Both the position numbers and the translations under genes were made by a program. The notes under the pieces are model-generated. The model was not told the DNA's origin, did no database searches, and worked only from the letters and a program-made list of their open reading frames with translations. Source: Methanocaldococcus sp. 16A (GTDB lineage Archaea > AGJL01 > Methanococci > Methanococcales > Methanocaldococcaceae). From it: 64,000 nucleotides of DNA. The stretch lies in assembly GCA_049860595.1 (NCBI GenBank), contig CP187551.1; one strand, 5' to 3'. Positions 1 through 11,709 of the stretch are shown here, one piece after another; position 1 is the stretch's first letter; every line of letters begins with the position of its first letter.

Positions 1-162
1 CTTCTCTTTATCAAATACGGCATTAGATAAACTTCTAATTGGCATTGTTATCTTTGGTCTTTTCCCCTTCATTAAATCATCATACATCTTTTTAGCCAGT
101 TCAATAATTTTTTGTTTAGCAATTTCCCTTGGTTTTTTTGATATAGCAGGAAGTTTAACCAT
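1..162 (-). CDS. top6A: DNA topoisomerase VI subunit A, N-terminal part (runs off the window)
   Basis: Manual translation MVKLPAISKKPREIAKQKIIELAKKMYDDLMKGKRPKITMPIRSLSNAVFDKEK; GGTGA RBS upstream; divergent from ftsZ. Confidence 0.8.
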   Translation of the reverse strand, partial: MVKLPAISKKPREIAKQKIIELAKKMYDDLMKGKRPKITMPIRSLSNAVFDKEK

Positions 163-417
163 AATACTCACCAAATAACTTTTTAATGCTCAATGATTTC
201 AACCTAAATTATTTTATTATGAAAAGTCATAACCAATAGATTTTTATATCAAATTTTAAAATTGTAATAATAATATGCCACATCAATGATTCCAGATGAA
301 CATCCACGTAGGAGAGTAGTATATAAAATATTCATATATAATCATTTAGGTTATAATAAAAATCCACTAATATTTATTAAGTTATTAAAAATAAAATAAT
401 TTTATGGAGGTCATAAC

Positions 418-1512
418 GTGAAATTTCTAAAAAATGTTTTAGAAGAAGGAAATAAATTAGAGGAGTTCAACGAATTAGAATTATCCCCAGAAGATAAAGA
501 ATTATTGGAATATTTGCAACAAACTAAAGCAAAGATTACAGTAGTAGGTTGTGGTGGAGCGGGAAACAACACCATTACAAGATTAACATTGGAGGGTATA
601 GAAGGAGCTAAAACAGTCGCTCTTAATACAGATGCTCAACAATTAATAAGAACAAAAGCAGATAAAAAGATTTTAATTGGTAAAAAATTAACAAGAGGTC
701 TTGGAGCTGGAGGTAATCCAAAGATTGGTGAAGAAGCAGCAAAAGAAAGTGCTGAAGAGATTAAAGCAGCAATTCAAGATTCAGATATGGTATTTATCAC
801 CTGTGGATTAGGAGGAGGTACAGGAACAGGTTCAGCCCCCATTGTAGCTGAAATATCTAAAAAAATAGGAGCTTTAACTGTTGCTGTAGTTACTCTACCA
901 TTTGCTATGGAAGGAAAAGTTAGAATGAAAAATGCAATGGAAGGTTTGGAAAAACTAAAGCAACATACTGACACATTAGTTGTTATTCCTAATGAAAAAT
1001 TATTTGAAATAGTTCCAAATATGCCATTAAAATTGGCATTTAAAGTAGCTGATGAGGTTTTAATCAACTCTGTAAAAGGATTAGTAGAGTTAATAACTAA
1101 AGATGGATTAATTAACGTTGACTTTGCCGATGTTAAAGCTGTTATGAGCAATGGAGGCTTAGCAATGATTGGTATTGGCGAGAGTGATAGTGAGAAGAGG
1201 GCTAAAGAAGCTGTTAACATGGCATTAAACTCTCCACTATTAGATGTTGATATAGATGGTGCTACTGGGGCTTTAATACATATAATGGGTCCTGAAGATT
1301 TAACATTAGATGAAGCTAAAGATGTTGTAGCTACAGTTTCCACAAGATTAGACCCTAACGCTACAATAATATGGGGAGCTACAATAGATGAAAACTTAGA
1401 AAATACTGTGAGAGTTTTATTGGTTGTTACTGGAGTTCAATCAAGAGTTGAATTTGGAGAAACTGGACTTAAAAGGAAAAAAACTGATTTACTAAATATT
1501 CCAAAAATTTAA
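418..1512 (+). CDS. ftsZ: Cell division protein FtsZ
   Basis: GCGGAGNN and tubulin signature GGGTGTG; INVDFAD. Confidence 0.98.
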   Translation: MKFLKNVLEEGNKLEEFNELELSPEDKELLEYLQQTKAKITVVGCGGAGNNTITRLTLEGIEGAKTVALNTDAQQLIRTKADKKILIGKKLTRGLGAGGNPKIGEEAAKESAEEIKAAIQDSDMVFITCGLGGGTGTGSAPIVAEISKKIGALTVAVVTLPFAMEGKVRMKNAMEGLEKLKQHTDTLVVIPNEKLFEIVPNMPLKLAFKVADEVLINSVKGLVELITKDGLINVDFADVKAVMSNGGLAMIGIGESDSEKRAKEAVNMALNSPLLDVDIDGATGALIHIMGPEDLTLDEAKDVVATVSTRLDPNATIIWGATIDENLENTVRVLLVVTGVQSRVEFGETGLKRKKTDLLNIPKI

Positions 1513-1521
1513 GGGGATACG

Positions 1522-1746
1522 ATGGAATCAAATTTTAATCAAAAAATGGAACAGCTTAAAGAGTTCCTTGAAGAATGTAAGAGAGTTTGGTTAGTTTTGA
1601 AAAAGCCCACAAAAGATGAATATCTAGCTGTTGCTAAAGTTACTGCCTTAGGGATATCTTTATTAGGAATTATTGGCTATATAATCCACGTCCCAGCAAC
1701 ATACATTAAAGGTTTATTAAAACCTCCTGCTACTCCAAAAGTATAA
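1522..1746 (+). CDS. secE: Protein translocase subunit SecE/Sec61-gamma
   Basis: RVWLVLKKPTKDEY followed by one TM helix; ftsZ-secE-spt5 gene order. Confidence 0.95.
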   Translation: MESNFNQKMEQLKEFLEECKRVWLVLKKPTKDEYLAVAKVTALGISLLGIIGYIIHVPATYIKGLLKPPATPKV

Positions 1747-1835
1747 CTCAATTAAACAATAAATTTAGAAACTTTTTTATACAGAATTTTAACGTATTTT
1801 TTATTTTATTTTTTTAAAATTTATTAGGTGAGACT

Positions 1836-2279
1836 ATGATTTTTGCAGTTAGAACTATGGTTGGTCAGGAAAAGAATATAGCTGGATTGATGGCTAGTAG
1901 AGTTGAAAAGGAACAATTAGATGTTTACTCAATATTAGCCTCAGAGTCCTTGAAAGGATATGTTTTAGTTGAGGCGGAGACAAAAGGAGATGTCGAGGAA
2001 TTAATAAAAGGGATGCCAAGAGTTAGGGGAATCGTTCCTGGAACAGTGGCTATTGAAGAAATAGAGCCATTATTAACTCCAAAGAAAATTATTGAGAACA
2101 TTGAGAAAGGAGATGTTGTTGAAATTATTGCCGGACCGTTTAAAGGAGAGAGAGCAAAGGTTATTAGAGTTGATAAAAATAAAGAAGAGGTTACTTTGGA
2201 ACTTGAAAACGCTACAGTTCCAATACCAATAACCTTATCTGTCGAAGGTGTTAAAATAGTTTCAAAGCATAAAGATTAA
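1836..2279 (+). CDS. spt5: Transcription elongation factor Spt5/NusG
   Basis: NGN domain (GQEK, KGYVLVE) and KOW motif (GDVVEIIAGPFKG). Confidence 0.97.
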   Translation: MIFAVRTMVGQEKNIAGLMASRVEKEQLDVYSILASESLKGYVLVEAETKGDVEELIKGMPRVRGIVPGTVAIEEIEPLLTPKKIIENIEKGDVVEIIAGPFKGERAKVIRVDKNKEEVTLELENATVPIPITLSVEGVKIVSKHKD

Positions 2280-2376
2280 ATAGGACTTCCGCAGTTTATA
2301 TGTCAATTAAGGCAATTATGATGCCTATAAGACATCAATAATCATTATAAAATTTTATTCCCGCTAAAGTTCTATT
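2279..2376. repeat. Family A nested palindromic element
   Basis: AATAGGACTTCCGCAG...CCCGCTAAAGTTCTATT; inner GATGCC/GACATC hairpin. Confidence 0.8.
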
Positions 2377-2450
2377 AAATTTATATGGAAGGCATAACTT
2401 TATATACTTAATGCATTAATTTTATCTACACATTAATTCTTTTAATGAAC

Positions 2451-2547
2451 ATAGAACTTTCGTAAGAATAAATCTTTATAAGAAAAAATGATGCCTTTAG
2501 GTATCCAACTACCTTAATTAAAATAAACAAAACGCGGAAGGCCTATT
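2451..2547. repeat. Family A element, degenerate, opposite orientation
   Basis: ATAGAACTTTCG...GATGCCTTTAGGTATC...CGCGGAAGGCCTATT. Confidence 0.7.
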
Positions 2548-2571
2548 CCAATATACTTTGAGGTGAATATT

Positions 2572-3057
2572 ATGGCTAAAGAGGTTGTTGAGGTATTAGT
2601 TACTGGAGGTAGAGCAACAGCAGGACCACCATTAGGACCAGCAATTGGGCCTTTAGGAGTTAACGTCATGCAGGTTGTTAAAGAGATTAATGAAAAAACA
2701 AAAGACTATGAAGGAATGCAAGTCCCAGTTAAAGTTATAGTTGATACAGAAACAAGAAAGTTTGAAATTGAAGTAGGAATTCCTCCAACAACTGCTTTAA
2801 TTAAAAAAGAGTTAGGAATTGAAACAGCCGCTCACGAACCAAGACACGAAGTTGTTGGAAACTTAACATTAGAGCAAGTTATTAAAATAGCCAAGATGAA
2901 AATGGATTCAATGCTCTCCTATACTTTAAAAAACGCTGTAAAAGAAGTTTTAGGAACCTGTGGTTCAATGGGAGTAACAGTTGAAGGAAAAGACCCTAAA
3001 GAAGTACAAAAAGAAATTGATGCCGGAGTTTATGATGAATACTTCAAAGAAGAATAA
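2572..3057 (+). CDS. rpl11: 50S ribosomal protein L11
   Basis: [18 protein letters not shown] motif; start placed at the ATG after GAGGTGA. Confidence 0.97.
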   Translation: MAKEVVEVLVTGGRATAGPPLGPAIGPLGVNVMQVVKEINEKTKDYEGMQVPVKVIVDTETRKFEIEVGIPPTTALIKKELGIETAAHEPRHEVVGNLTLEQVIKIAKMKMDSMLSYTLKNAVKEVLGTCGSMGVTVEGKDPKEVQKEIDAGVYDEYFKEE

Positions 3058-3096
3058 ATTATTTCTTTTTTTATATTTTTTAACGATATAATTTTC

Positions 3097-3218
3097 AATA
3101 AGACTTTTGCAGGAATATTATTAAATATATAAAGTACAAAAGTCCTATTTTAAGTATTTTTTACATTTATTCATTAATTAATGTGCATTATTATATTTAT
3201 TCCTGAGAAAGTCTTATT
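3097..3218. repeat. Family A element with internal deletion (3097-3149) plus a lone arm (3196-3218)
   Basis: AATAAGACTTTTGCAGGAAT...TACAAAAGTCCTATT; TTTATTCCTGAGAAAGTCTTATT. Confidence 0.65.
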
Positions 3219-3267
3219 AAATATAAAATAAGATTATTATCTATTTAAATCTTTTTTGAGGGGGAGT

Positions 3268-3978
3268 ATGAGAATTGAATTAGAACTACAAACAGATAAT
3301 TTTACAGTAATTCCTTACAATCATCAGTATTATTTGGCATCCGCCATATATAGCAAAATACACTCTGCAAGTCCAGAATATGCTGAAAGATTACATAGCT
3401 ATCAAAAATTTAAGTTCTTTACCTTCTCTTTATTGCAGATAAAAAAGAGAGTTATTAGAAAGGAAGGGATTGAAACAATAGATGGAAAAGCTTATCTTTA
3501 TATTTCTTCTCCAAAAACTGAATTTATAAAGAATTTTGTTGAAGGGCTTTTAGAAGATGGAAAACTAAGAGTAGGAAATATTGAGTTTTATATAAATAAG
3601 GCTAAAATACTCCCAATACCAAAAAAATTTAATATATTAAAAACACTCTCTCCAATATATTTAAAAACAAAGATTAATGTAGATGGTAAATTAAAAGACT
3701 ATGATTTACTTCCAAATAATTCTAAATTTTATGAAAATTTAAAAAACAATCTAAAAAAGAAATATGAAGCATTTTATAATGAGAAATGTGATATGGACTT
3801 TGAATTCGAAATTTTAAAATATAAACCTAAGAGGATGAGAATAAAGAATATTTACTGTAGATGTTCTGAAATGGTGTTTAAGGTTTGGGGTGATTACGAA
3901 CTAATAAAATTTGGTTATGAGTGTGGCTTTGGAGAGAAGAATAGTATGGGTTTTGGAATGGTTATGAATATTGATTAA
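3268..3978 (+). CDS. cas6: CRISPR-associated endoribonuclease Cas6
   Basis: C-terminal G-rich loop GFGEKNSMGFG; FKFFTFS; ATG after GAGGGG. Confidence 0.95.
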   Translation: MRIELELQTDNFTVIPYNHQYYLASAIYSKIHSASPEYAERLHSYQKFKFFTFSLLQIKKRVIRKEGIETIDGKAYLYISSPKTEFIKNFVEGLLEDGKLRVGNIEFYINKAKILPIPKKFNILKTLSPIYLKTKINVDGKLKDYDLLPNNSKFYENLKNNLKKKYEAFYNEKCDMDFEFEILKYKPKRMRIKNIYCRCSEMVFKVWGDYELIKFGYECGFGEKNSMGFGMVMNID

Positions 3979-4100
3979 ATTTCTATTTTTTAATTTTTAA
4001 ATTACTTTACTTTTTTAAATTAAAATTTTATCGATAAATTTATATATGAATTTAGAAGAGGGTACATTATTGTAGCTATTAGATTTTTACTGGTGAAGGT

Positions 4101-5675
4101 ATGCCAGATATGACACTTGATAAATTCATAAACCAAAGTAATGTAGAAAATAAAAGTTATAAAAAATCTAAAAATTTTATATTTAAAATTCCAATTTACC
4201 ATGATGTGTGGATGGATAACGCATTAGAAAACTTTTATCGAATTTTAAAAAAGATAGATATTGAAGACTTTAATGTCACACTAACCGGTGATAAACTAAT
4301 CTTTGAATTTGATGATTTTGAAGAGTTTAAAAATGCATTAATTCAGCAAATAAAGCATAAATATAAAAATATGATTGTAATGGGGGTAGATAAAAAAACA
4401 GGAGTTACAAAAGAGATTAAAAAGGACTTTATTTTACTCCAAGAAGGTAAAAAAGAGGGAGGTACTGTAAAATTAAAAGAAGAGATATTTGACTGGAATA
4501 AACTGCCTAAAATACTGAACGAACTTAATGAAAACAAAAAAGGAAACAAAATCTGTATAATGTGCGGAGGCAGATACAAAAAAAGCTATACATTAAAACA
4601 GGCAATTTATCCATTTGTAACGAAGAATAAAAGCTTAAGTGGAATTAGAACAATTAAATCACTTCCAGATTATCACAAAAATCTATGTTTAATGTGCTAT
4701 TTGTTGGGGGTTTTGGAATGGACTGACGAGGGACTTTTATATTATACATTAGGAAATGAAAAAACATTTTTATTCCTTCCAATATTTGATGACTTAATTA
4801 AACTTAACACATTCAAAGAAGATACATTGCATGCTGGAATCTTAAATTCTTCGGGAGAGTCAGCAAGATATGGAAACTTAGCTAAAAATCCAAATTCTGA
4901 TGAAATTGAAAAAACTTCTGGAGAATATAGCACTTTATTGGCATTTTATGAAAAGTTTATTGTGAATGTGAAAGAGAGTGAGGTATTATGCAATAAGTGG
5001 GGAGTGTTGCATATTCCAATAAAAAGCAAAGTCAAAAATGTCAAGTTTGAGACAATAAATGTTGATAAGGGAATGTTGGAGGTGATAGGGAAGTTAGTAG
5101 AGGAAAATTACTTAATTTATGATGAATTTGTTAAAGGAATATTTTTTAAAAAGTATAATAACAAAAAATTCACAACTGATTGGGAATTTACTCATGAAAT
5201 TAGAGAGAATTTATCAAAATCTCTATTGATAAATGATTTTAGAACTTTCTCAAAGCAGTTAATGCCAAGAAAAGGAGGTTTAGTTATCTTATCATCAGAT
5301 GCTTATCAAATTTTGGATGAACTCATCTATCTCTGGAGGTTGGTAAATATGGGAATTCCTAAGGAGAAATTGGATATAATAAAAAGTGTTGGTAATATTA
5401 TTGCAAAAATATCCATTGGAAATTCCTCTTTATTGTACAAACTTGATAAAGTTAGAACTATTGAAGAGTTTTGGAGTGTTTTAAGGGAAATATCAAGAAA
5501 AATGGCTGGAATGGAAAAAGAAGAACTTAGAGAGATAAAGCCAACTGCAATAGATGAACTTGTAATTATGGTCAAAGAACATGAAAAAATCTGGAAGGAG
5601 ATTAGGGATTTGTTAGTTATCTACTCATCCATGTATCTTGCCATTAAAAAATTAAAAAAGGAAGGGGGGAATTAA
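4101..5675 (+). CDS. cas8b: Type I-B large subunit Cas8 (Cas8b/Cst1-like)
   Basis: Located between cas6 and cas7; two CxxC pairs (CIMC, CLMC); helical C-terminal domain. Confidence 0.8.
   Translation: MPDMTLDKFINQSNVENKSYKKSKNFIFKIPIYHDVWMDNALENFYRILKKIDIEDFNVTLTGDKLIFEFDDFEEFKNALIQQIKHKYKNMIVMGVDKKTGVTKEIKKDFILLQEGKKEGGTVKLKEEIFDWNKLPKILNELNENKKGNKICIMCGGRYKKSYTLKQAIYPFVTKNKSLSGIRTIKSLPDYHKNLCLMCYLLGVLEWTDEGLLYYTLGNEKTFLFLPIFDDLIKLNTFKEDTLHAGILNSSGESARYGNLAKNPNSDEIEKTSGEYSTLLAFYEKFIVNVKESEVLCNKWGVLHIPIKSKVKNVKFETINVDKGMLEVIGKLVEENYLIYDEFVKGIFFKKYNNKKFTTDWEFTHEIRENLSKSLLINDFRTFSKQLMPRKGGLVILSSDAYQILDELIYLWRLVNMGIPKEKLDIIKSVGNIIAKISIGNSSLLYKLDKVRTIEEFWSVLREISRKMAGMEKEELREIKPTAIDELVIMVKEHEKIWKEIRDLLVIYSSMYLAIKKLKKEGGN
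5349..5675 (+). CDS. cas11: Putative internally translated small subunit Cas11 (108 aa)
   Basis: In-frame ATG at 5349 preceded by GGAGGT; covers the helical C-terminal domain of Cas8. Confidence 0.65.
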   Translation: MGIPKEKLDIIKSVGNIIAKISIGNSSLLYKLDKVRTIEEFWSVLREISRKMAGMEKEELREIKPTAIDELVIMVKEHEKIWKEIRDLLVIYSSMYLAIKKLKKEGGN

Positions 5676-6581
5676 ATGAAGGGCATAGAGATAGTTTGGT
5701 TATCAAAAACTGATTTAACAAACCTAAACTCTGGTGAAGGGGAGAGTAATTTTATTGATATTAAGAAATTTAAAAAAAATGGAATTGAATATCCTTATGT
5801 TTCAGGGCAGGCAATGAGGTATTATATAAAAGAGGCGATTAGAAGGAATTTAGATGAGAATGAATTTATGTGCGTCCCAGATGATAAAGGAGAGACGTGT
5901 GGAAATATAGAAAACTGTATTGGATGTGACCTCTTTGGATTCATGAAGCCAGAAAAAGATGTTGGAGCAAGAACAAGAGTCTCACCAGTAAAGGTATCAC
6001 CAGCAATAGGGTTATTACCGTTTGATGAGAACTCAACAGTTGATTTTTTAACAAGAAGATATAGAGGGGGAGAAAAATCAGAGGGAGATATAGTAAATGT
6101 TGAGATTGGTGTCAATATCTACAAGGTAGGGGTAGCAATTGATGTTAAAAGAGTTGGAGGAGAGGAAAAGATTGAAGATGGAACAGTTAAGATTGATTAC
6201 CTCATAGATGATAAAGAACGTAAAAATAGGATTTCAAAGGTTATAGAATCTTTAAGATACTTGTCAGATTACTCAAAGCAGGCGAGATTATTAACTGATT
6301 TCACACCAGACTTTATAATAATTGCTTTCCAAGATATATATTCCCACAGATTGCAAAAGGCAATAGATTTGAAAGATAATGTAATAAATGTTGAGTTATT
6401 AAAGGTAATCCTTAGAGATGTTTCAGAATATTCACCAAAAATATTTGTTGGGCTTGTTCCAAACTTCTTTGAGAATGAAGAAGAAATTAAAAGGCTATTT
6501 GAGGAAATGGACATAGAAGTTAAAGCACCTCATGAGGCAATAAAAGATGCATTGAGTTACTTAGAAGAAATTAACTTATAA
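5676..6581 (+). CDS. cas7: Cas7 (Cst2/DevR family)
   Basis: [24 protein letters not shown] and [10 protein letters not shown] motifs. Confidence 0.92.
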   Translation: MKGIEIVWLSKTDLTNLNSGEGESNFIDIKKFKKNGIEYPYVSGQAMRYYIKEAIRRNLDENEFMCVPDDKGETCGNIENCIGCDLFGFMKPEKDVGARTRVSPVKVSPAIGLLPFDENSTVDFLTRRYRGGEKSEGDIVNVEIGVNIYKVGVAIDVKRVGGEEKIEDGTVKIDYLIDDKERKNRISKVIESLRYLSDYSKQARLLTDFTPDFIIIAFQDIYSHRLQKAIDLKDNVINVELLKVILRDVSEYSPKIFVGLVPNFFENEEEIKRLFEEMDIEVKAPHEAIKDALSYLEEINL

Positions 6582-6593
6582 ATTGGTGTTTCT

Positions 6594-7370
6594 ATGTGGG
6601 GGTTGAAGTTTAGAGTTGAAGGAATTTACTTTGTAAGTTTTAGGAAGCCAGTTACAACATCTTTATCTTTAACTTATAAACTACCTCCTTTTACGGCAAT
6701 TAGAGGGATAATAGGAAATGCCTTAGGATTGCCAAGGGATTCATTTGAGATTCAAAATTGGTTTAAGATTGGAATGAGGGTTGATGATAAAATAGAGATT
6801 GGTAGAGAAATGGCTAAATTCTTAAAGATGATTTCAAGAAAATCGTGTTATAGATGTGAGAGTTGTGGATTTGAGAAAATATCTGACTCAAAGCCAAAAA
6901 AATGTCCAAACTGTGGAAAAGAGAATATTGTAAAAGTGGAGAAGGTGATTTATGAAAGAACCTTTCCATCTTCACCAATGCATAGAGAATTTTTAATAAT
7001 GCCAAAATATTGGATTTATCTTGTGGGAGAAGAGAAGAAAATAAAAAAGATTTATAATGCCTTAAATAATCCAGAGAGACCTTTATATCTTGGAACTTCT
7101 GATGATTTGGTAGATGTTGAGATATTTGAGCCAGTTAGAGTAAAAGAAGTTGAAGAAAATGAGATAAATAGTATCTTAGACGGAATTTATGAAAATTGCA
7201 TCCTTGAAAAACTACCATACAAGTTTATCCCAATAAAAGACAAGAAAGGTAACTTAAAAGAGGTTTATTCTGAATATAAACTAGTTTCTATTCCAACGAA
7301 GTTTCCATATTTGTCTGAAAAATCTTTAAAAGTTTGGGACTTTGGAGATGAATTTATCAGGGTGTTTTAA
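6594..7370 (+). CDS. cas5: Cas5 with an inserted C4 zinc ribbon
   Basis: SFRKP...TYKLPPFTAIRGIIGNALG; LYLGTSDD; insert CESC-x14-CPNC. Confidence 0.9.
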   Translation: MWGLKFRVEGIYFVSFRKPVTTSLSLTYKLPPFTAIRGIIGNALGLPRDSFEIQNWFKIGMRVDDKIEIGREMAKFLKMISRKSCYRCESCGFEKISDSKPKKCPNCGKENIVKVEKVIYERTFPSSPMHREFLIMPKYWIYLVGEEKKIKKIYNALNNPERPLYLGTSDDLVDVEIFEPVRVKEVEENEINSILDGIYENCILEKLPYKFIPIKDKKGNLKEVYSEYKLVSIPTKFPYLSEKSLKVWDFGDEFIRVF

Positions 7371-9745
7371 TGATTATTGCCAAAAGGGAGGGTGAGGCAT
7401 TTCAGACATTGAAAGGGCATACCTACGATGCATTAAAAATCTATAAAGAATATTTGGAAAGAAATTTTCATGTAGTTGATGATTTCTGCAATAGATGGGA
7501 AATTCCAACTGAAAAATTTATAAAAAATACTTTTTTCACCATTTATTTGCATGATATTGGTAAAATAACAAAAGAATTCCAAAATAATATACAAAACGGA
7601 AAAAGAAGCAATAAACATCCTCATCCACTTTATGCCCTTCCAATTATCAACAGTATTGAGTTTGATTATCTTCTCGATATCCCAATTGAGATTTTTGCTA
7701 TTTTATCCCACCATACACAACTATATGATAACTTATATGCTGATTATCAACAATATAAAAAAGGGACTTTTTTAATAGAAGAAATCAAAGATTTTATAAA
7801 AAATTCCAAAGATGCTTATAAATCTCTTGGATTTTCAGAGTTTTTTGAATTTGGAGATTTATTCAAAGATTTAGAAAAATTCAATATCCCAGAAGAAGTT
7901 AAACCTTTAGAATTGCACAAATTGAGAAGACCTCTTTGGAAAAATACAAAAAAATATATTGATTCACTAAGTTTCAACGAAAAGATTAAAATAAAATCAA
8001 TATTCTCATTCATGTTTTCTATCCTTCAATTGTGTGATGATTTTGCAAGTTTAAACTTTCGTGAATATGCGAAGGATAAGGAAGGAACTTTTGATGATGT
8101 TTTGGAAAATCCAGAAGTTTATATCCCAACAGTAAATATTGAGAATCCAATATCATTTATATTAAAAGATTATGAGCCATACAAATTCCAAAAAGAACTT
8201 TACCATTCAAAAAATAAGTTTGTGATGTTGTTTGCTCCTTGTGGGAGAGGTAAGACAGAAGGAGCATTACTTTGGGCTTTGAATGCATTAAAAAACTTCA
8301 AAAGAAATAAAATTATTTTTGCGATGCCTACGCAAGTAACAAGTAATGCAATGTACGATAGATTAACAAAAATTTTTGGAGAAGAAAATGTTGGTTTATT
8401 TCATGGAAAGAGCTTTATAAAATTGAAGGATTCAAAAGAGATAGATGATGAAGAGAATTTAGAAGAAATTAAAGATGAGAATTTTAAAGGAAATGTATTT
8501 TTTAAGCCAATTACGATAACTACTATTGACCATGTTATATATTCTTTTGTTCATGGCTTTTCTCAGGCAGATTTTGCATTGGGGAATATTCAAAATTCAG
8601 TTATAGTTTTTGATGAAGTTCATTACTACGAAAAATATACCTTAGAGCATCTACTGACACTTTTTGATATTTTAAAGAGAATGGATATCCCACATTTACT
8701 TATGAGTGGGACACTACCAAGCTTTTTAATTAACTGTCTTGAAGGTTATGAGATTGTAGTTGATGAAGAAGGATTAGATTACAAACCTTTTAAACTTGAA
8801 TGTTCAGAAAATCATTTAATTTGGAAAGAAAATGGTGAATGGAAATTTAATGAAGACATAATCAATGAAATAATAGAGAATTATAAAAAAGGTCTATCTC
8901 AGGCGATTATCTTAAATACTGTTGAAAGAGCGAAGGAATTTTATAAGGCAATAAGGGACAAAGTTCCAGCAATTCTTTATCATTCTCAATTTACCTATAA
9001 AGATAGAGTTAAAAAGGAAGATGAGATTTTTAATTTGGAAGAGATGAGAAAAAGTCTAAATAAACCTTATGTTGTTGTTGCTACTCAAGTAATTGAAATC
9101 TCTCTCGATATGTCTGTTGATGTTATGTATTCTGAGTTATCTCCACCAGATGCACTTGGACAGAGGGCTGGAAGACTTCATAGAAAAGGAAAGGATTGGA
9201 AAGAGAATGGAAAAGAATTTAAACTAAAAATATTCTTGCCATATAAACACTTGCCATATAGCAAAGAACTAATAGAAAGAACAATTGACTATATAAAATT
9301 TTATGAAAAACCTCTAAATTATAGAGATATCAAAGATTTTGTTGATAATGTTTATAAAGATTATAATTTAACCATTCCTAGTAATTTAAAGACATTTTTT
9401 GATGAGGCAATATTATTTGGACGGCATTGGACAGATATAGCAACGATAGATGAAGAAGGAAAATTCTTTAAAGTTAGAGATGATAAGTTTATGAAGATTG
9501 AAGTAGTTCCAAAAGTTTATTTTGATGAATTGGGAGAAGATGCATTGAGAGCAGAGTATATGGCAAAAATTCCAGCCTATTTAATTTTAAATGAAATAAA
9601 AAATGAGGATGGATTGATACACTTTTACCATTATGAAAAAAGAGTTGGTAGAAGAACCAGAAGATATTTAATTTGTTCATTTAAATATACCTATGAAATA
9701 GGATTTGACTACAAAGAGGAAGAGGAGTTTGAAGACATCTTATAG
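7370..9745 (+). CDS. cas3: Cas3 HD nuclease-helicase
   Basis: LHDIGK, HH, APCGRGKT, DEVH, QRAGRLHR. Confidence 0.96.
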   Translation: MIIAKREGEAFQTLKGHTYDALKIYKEYLERNFHVVDDFCNRWEIPTEKFIKNTFFTIYLHDIGKITKEFQNNIQNGKRSNKHPHPLYALPIINSIEFDYLLDIPIEIFAILSHHTQLYDNLYADYQQYKKGTFLIEEIKDFIKNSKDAYKSLGFSEFFEFGDLFKDLEKFNIPEEVKPLELHKLRRPLWKNTKKYIDSLSFNEKIKIKSIFSFMFSILQLCDDFASLNFREYAKDKEGTFDDVLENPEVYIPTVNIENPISFILKDYEPYKFQKELYHSKNKFVMLFAPCGRGKTEGALLWALNALKNFKRNKIIFAMPTQVTSNAMYDRLTKIFGEENVGLFHGKSFIKLKDSKEIDDEENLEEIKDENFKGNVFFKPITITTIDHVIYSFVHGFSQADFALGNIQNSVIVFDEVHYYEKYTLEHLLTLFDILKRMDIPHLLMSGTLPSFLINCLEGYEIVVDEEGLDYKPFKLECSENHLIWKENGEWKFNEDIINEIIENYKKGLSQAIILNTVERAKEFYKAIRDKVPAILYHSQFTYKDRVKKEDEIFNLEEMRKSLNKPYVVVATQVIEISLDMSVDVMYSELSPPDALGQRAGRLHRKGKDWKENGKEFKLKIFLPYKHLPYSKELIERTIDYIKFYEKPLNYRDIKDFVDNVYKDYNLTIPSNLKTFFDEAILFGRHWTDIATIDEEGKFFKVRDDKFMKIEVVPKVYFDELGEDALRAEYMAKIPAYLILNEIKNEDGLIHFYHYEKRVGRRTRRYLICSFKYTYEIGFDYKEEEEFEDIL

Positions 9746-11246
<1,501 letters not shown>

Positions 11247-11251
11247 AAATT

Positions 11252-11348
11252 AATAGAGCTTTCACAGTTTATATGTTAAATTTGGAACTTTGACACCTTT
11301 AGGTATTTATATTTCAATTAAAAAATTTATTCTCGTGAAAGTCCTATT
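11252..11348. repeat. Family A element between convergent cas1 and cas2
   Basis: AATAGAGCTTTCACAG...GACACCTTTAGGT...CGTGAAAGTCCTATT. Confidence 0.8.
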
Positions 11349-11610
11349 AAATAATATCATCAATTGGATTTTTCTCTACACCAAAAATCTCTCTTTTAGG
11401 CATAAAATCTAATGGAAATTGATAAATAATTACTGAATCCTCATTTTCATCAATAATTCTTAAAAGCCCATCTTTTATCCTTTCAAGCTCAGCTTTTGTA
11501 ACCTCCCCCTCAAAAACACTATTTTGAACCCAGTTTAAATGCTTCCTTAAAAAGCTTTTTACTTTATTTACTCTTGCAACATTCACATCATAGACAATAA
11601 TAACATACAT
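11347..11610 (-). CDS. cas2: Cas2
   Basis: YVIIVYDV, WVQNSVFEG, DSVIIY. Confidence 0.95.
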   Translation of the reverse strand: MYVIIVYDVNVARVNKVKSFLRKHLNWVQNSVFEGEVTKAELERIKDGLLRIIDENEDSVIIYQFPLDFMPKREIFGVEKNPIDDII

Positions 11611-11640
11611 ATTATCATCATTATGGATTATTTTTAATAT

Positions 11641-11660
11641 TAAACTGCAAAAATCCTATT
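11641..11660. repeat. Lone arm of a family A element
   Basis: TAAACTGCAAAAATCCTATT vs consensus TAAACTGCGAAAGTCCTATT. Confidence 0.5.
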
Positions 11661-11709
11661 TAAAAAAGTTTCCATCTCATAAAGATGGAAAAATTAAAAA
11701 ATCGATAAG

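Noticed and set aside
277-320. Slightly GC-richer patch between top6A and ftsZ (possible C/D sRNA)
   Set aside because: No convincing box C plus box D pair and no stable stem
774-1343. Antisense ORF in ftsZ and many similar S/F/I/L-rich antisense ORFs throughout the window
   Set aside because: Codon-bias shadows of real genes on the opposite strand
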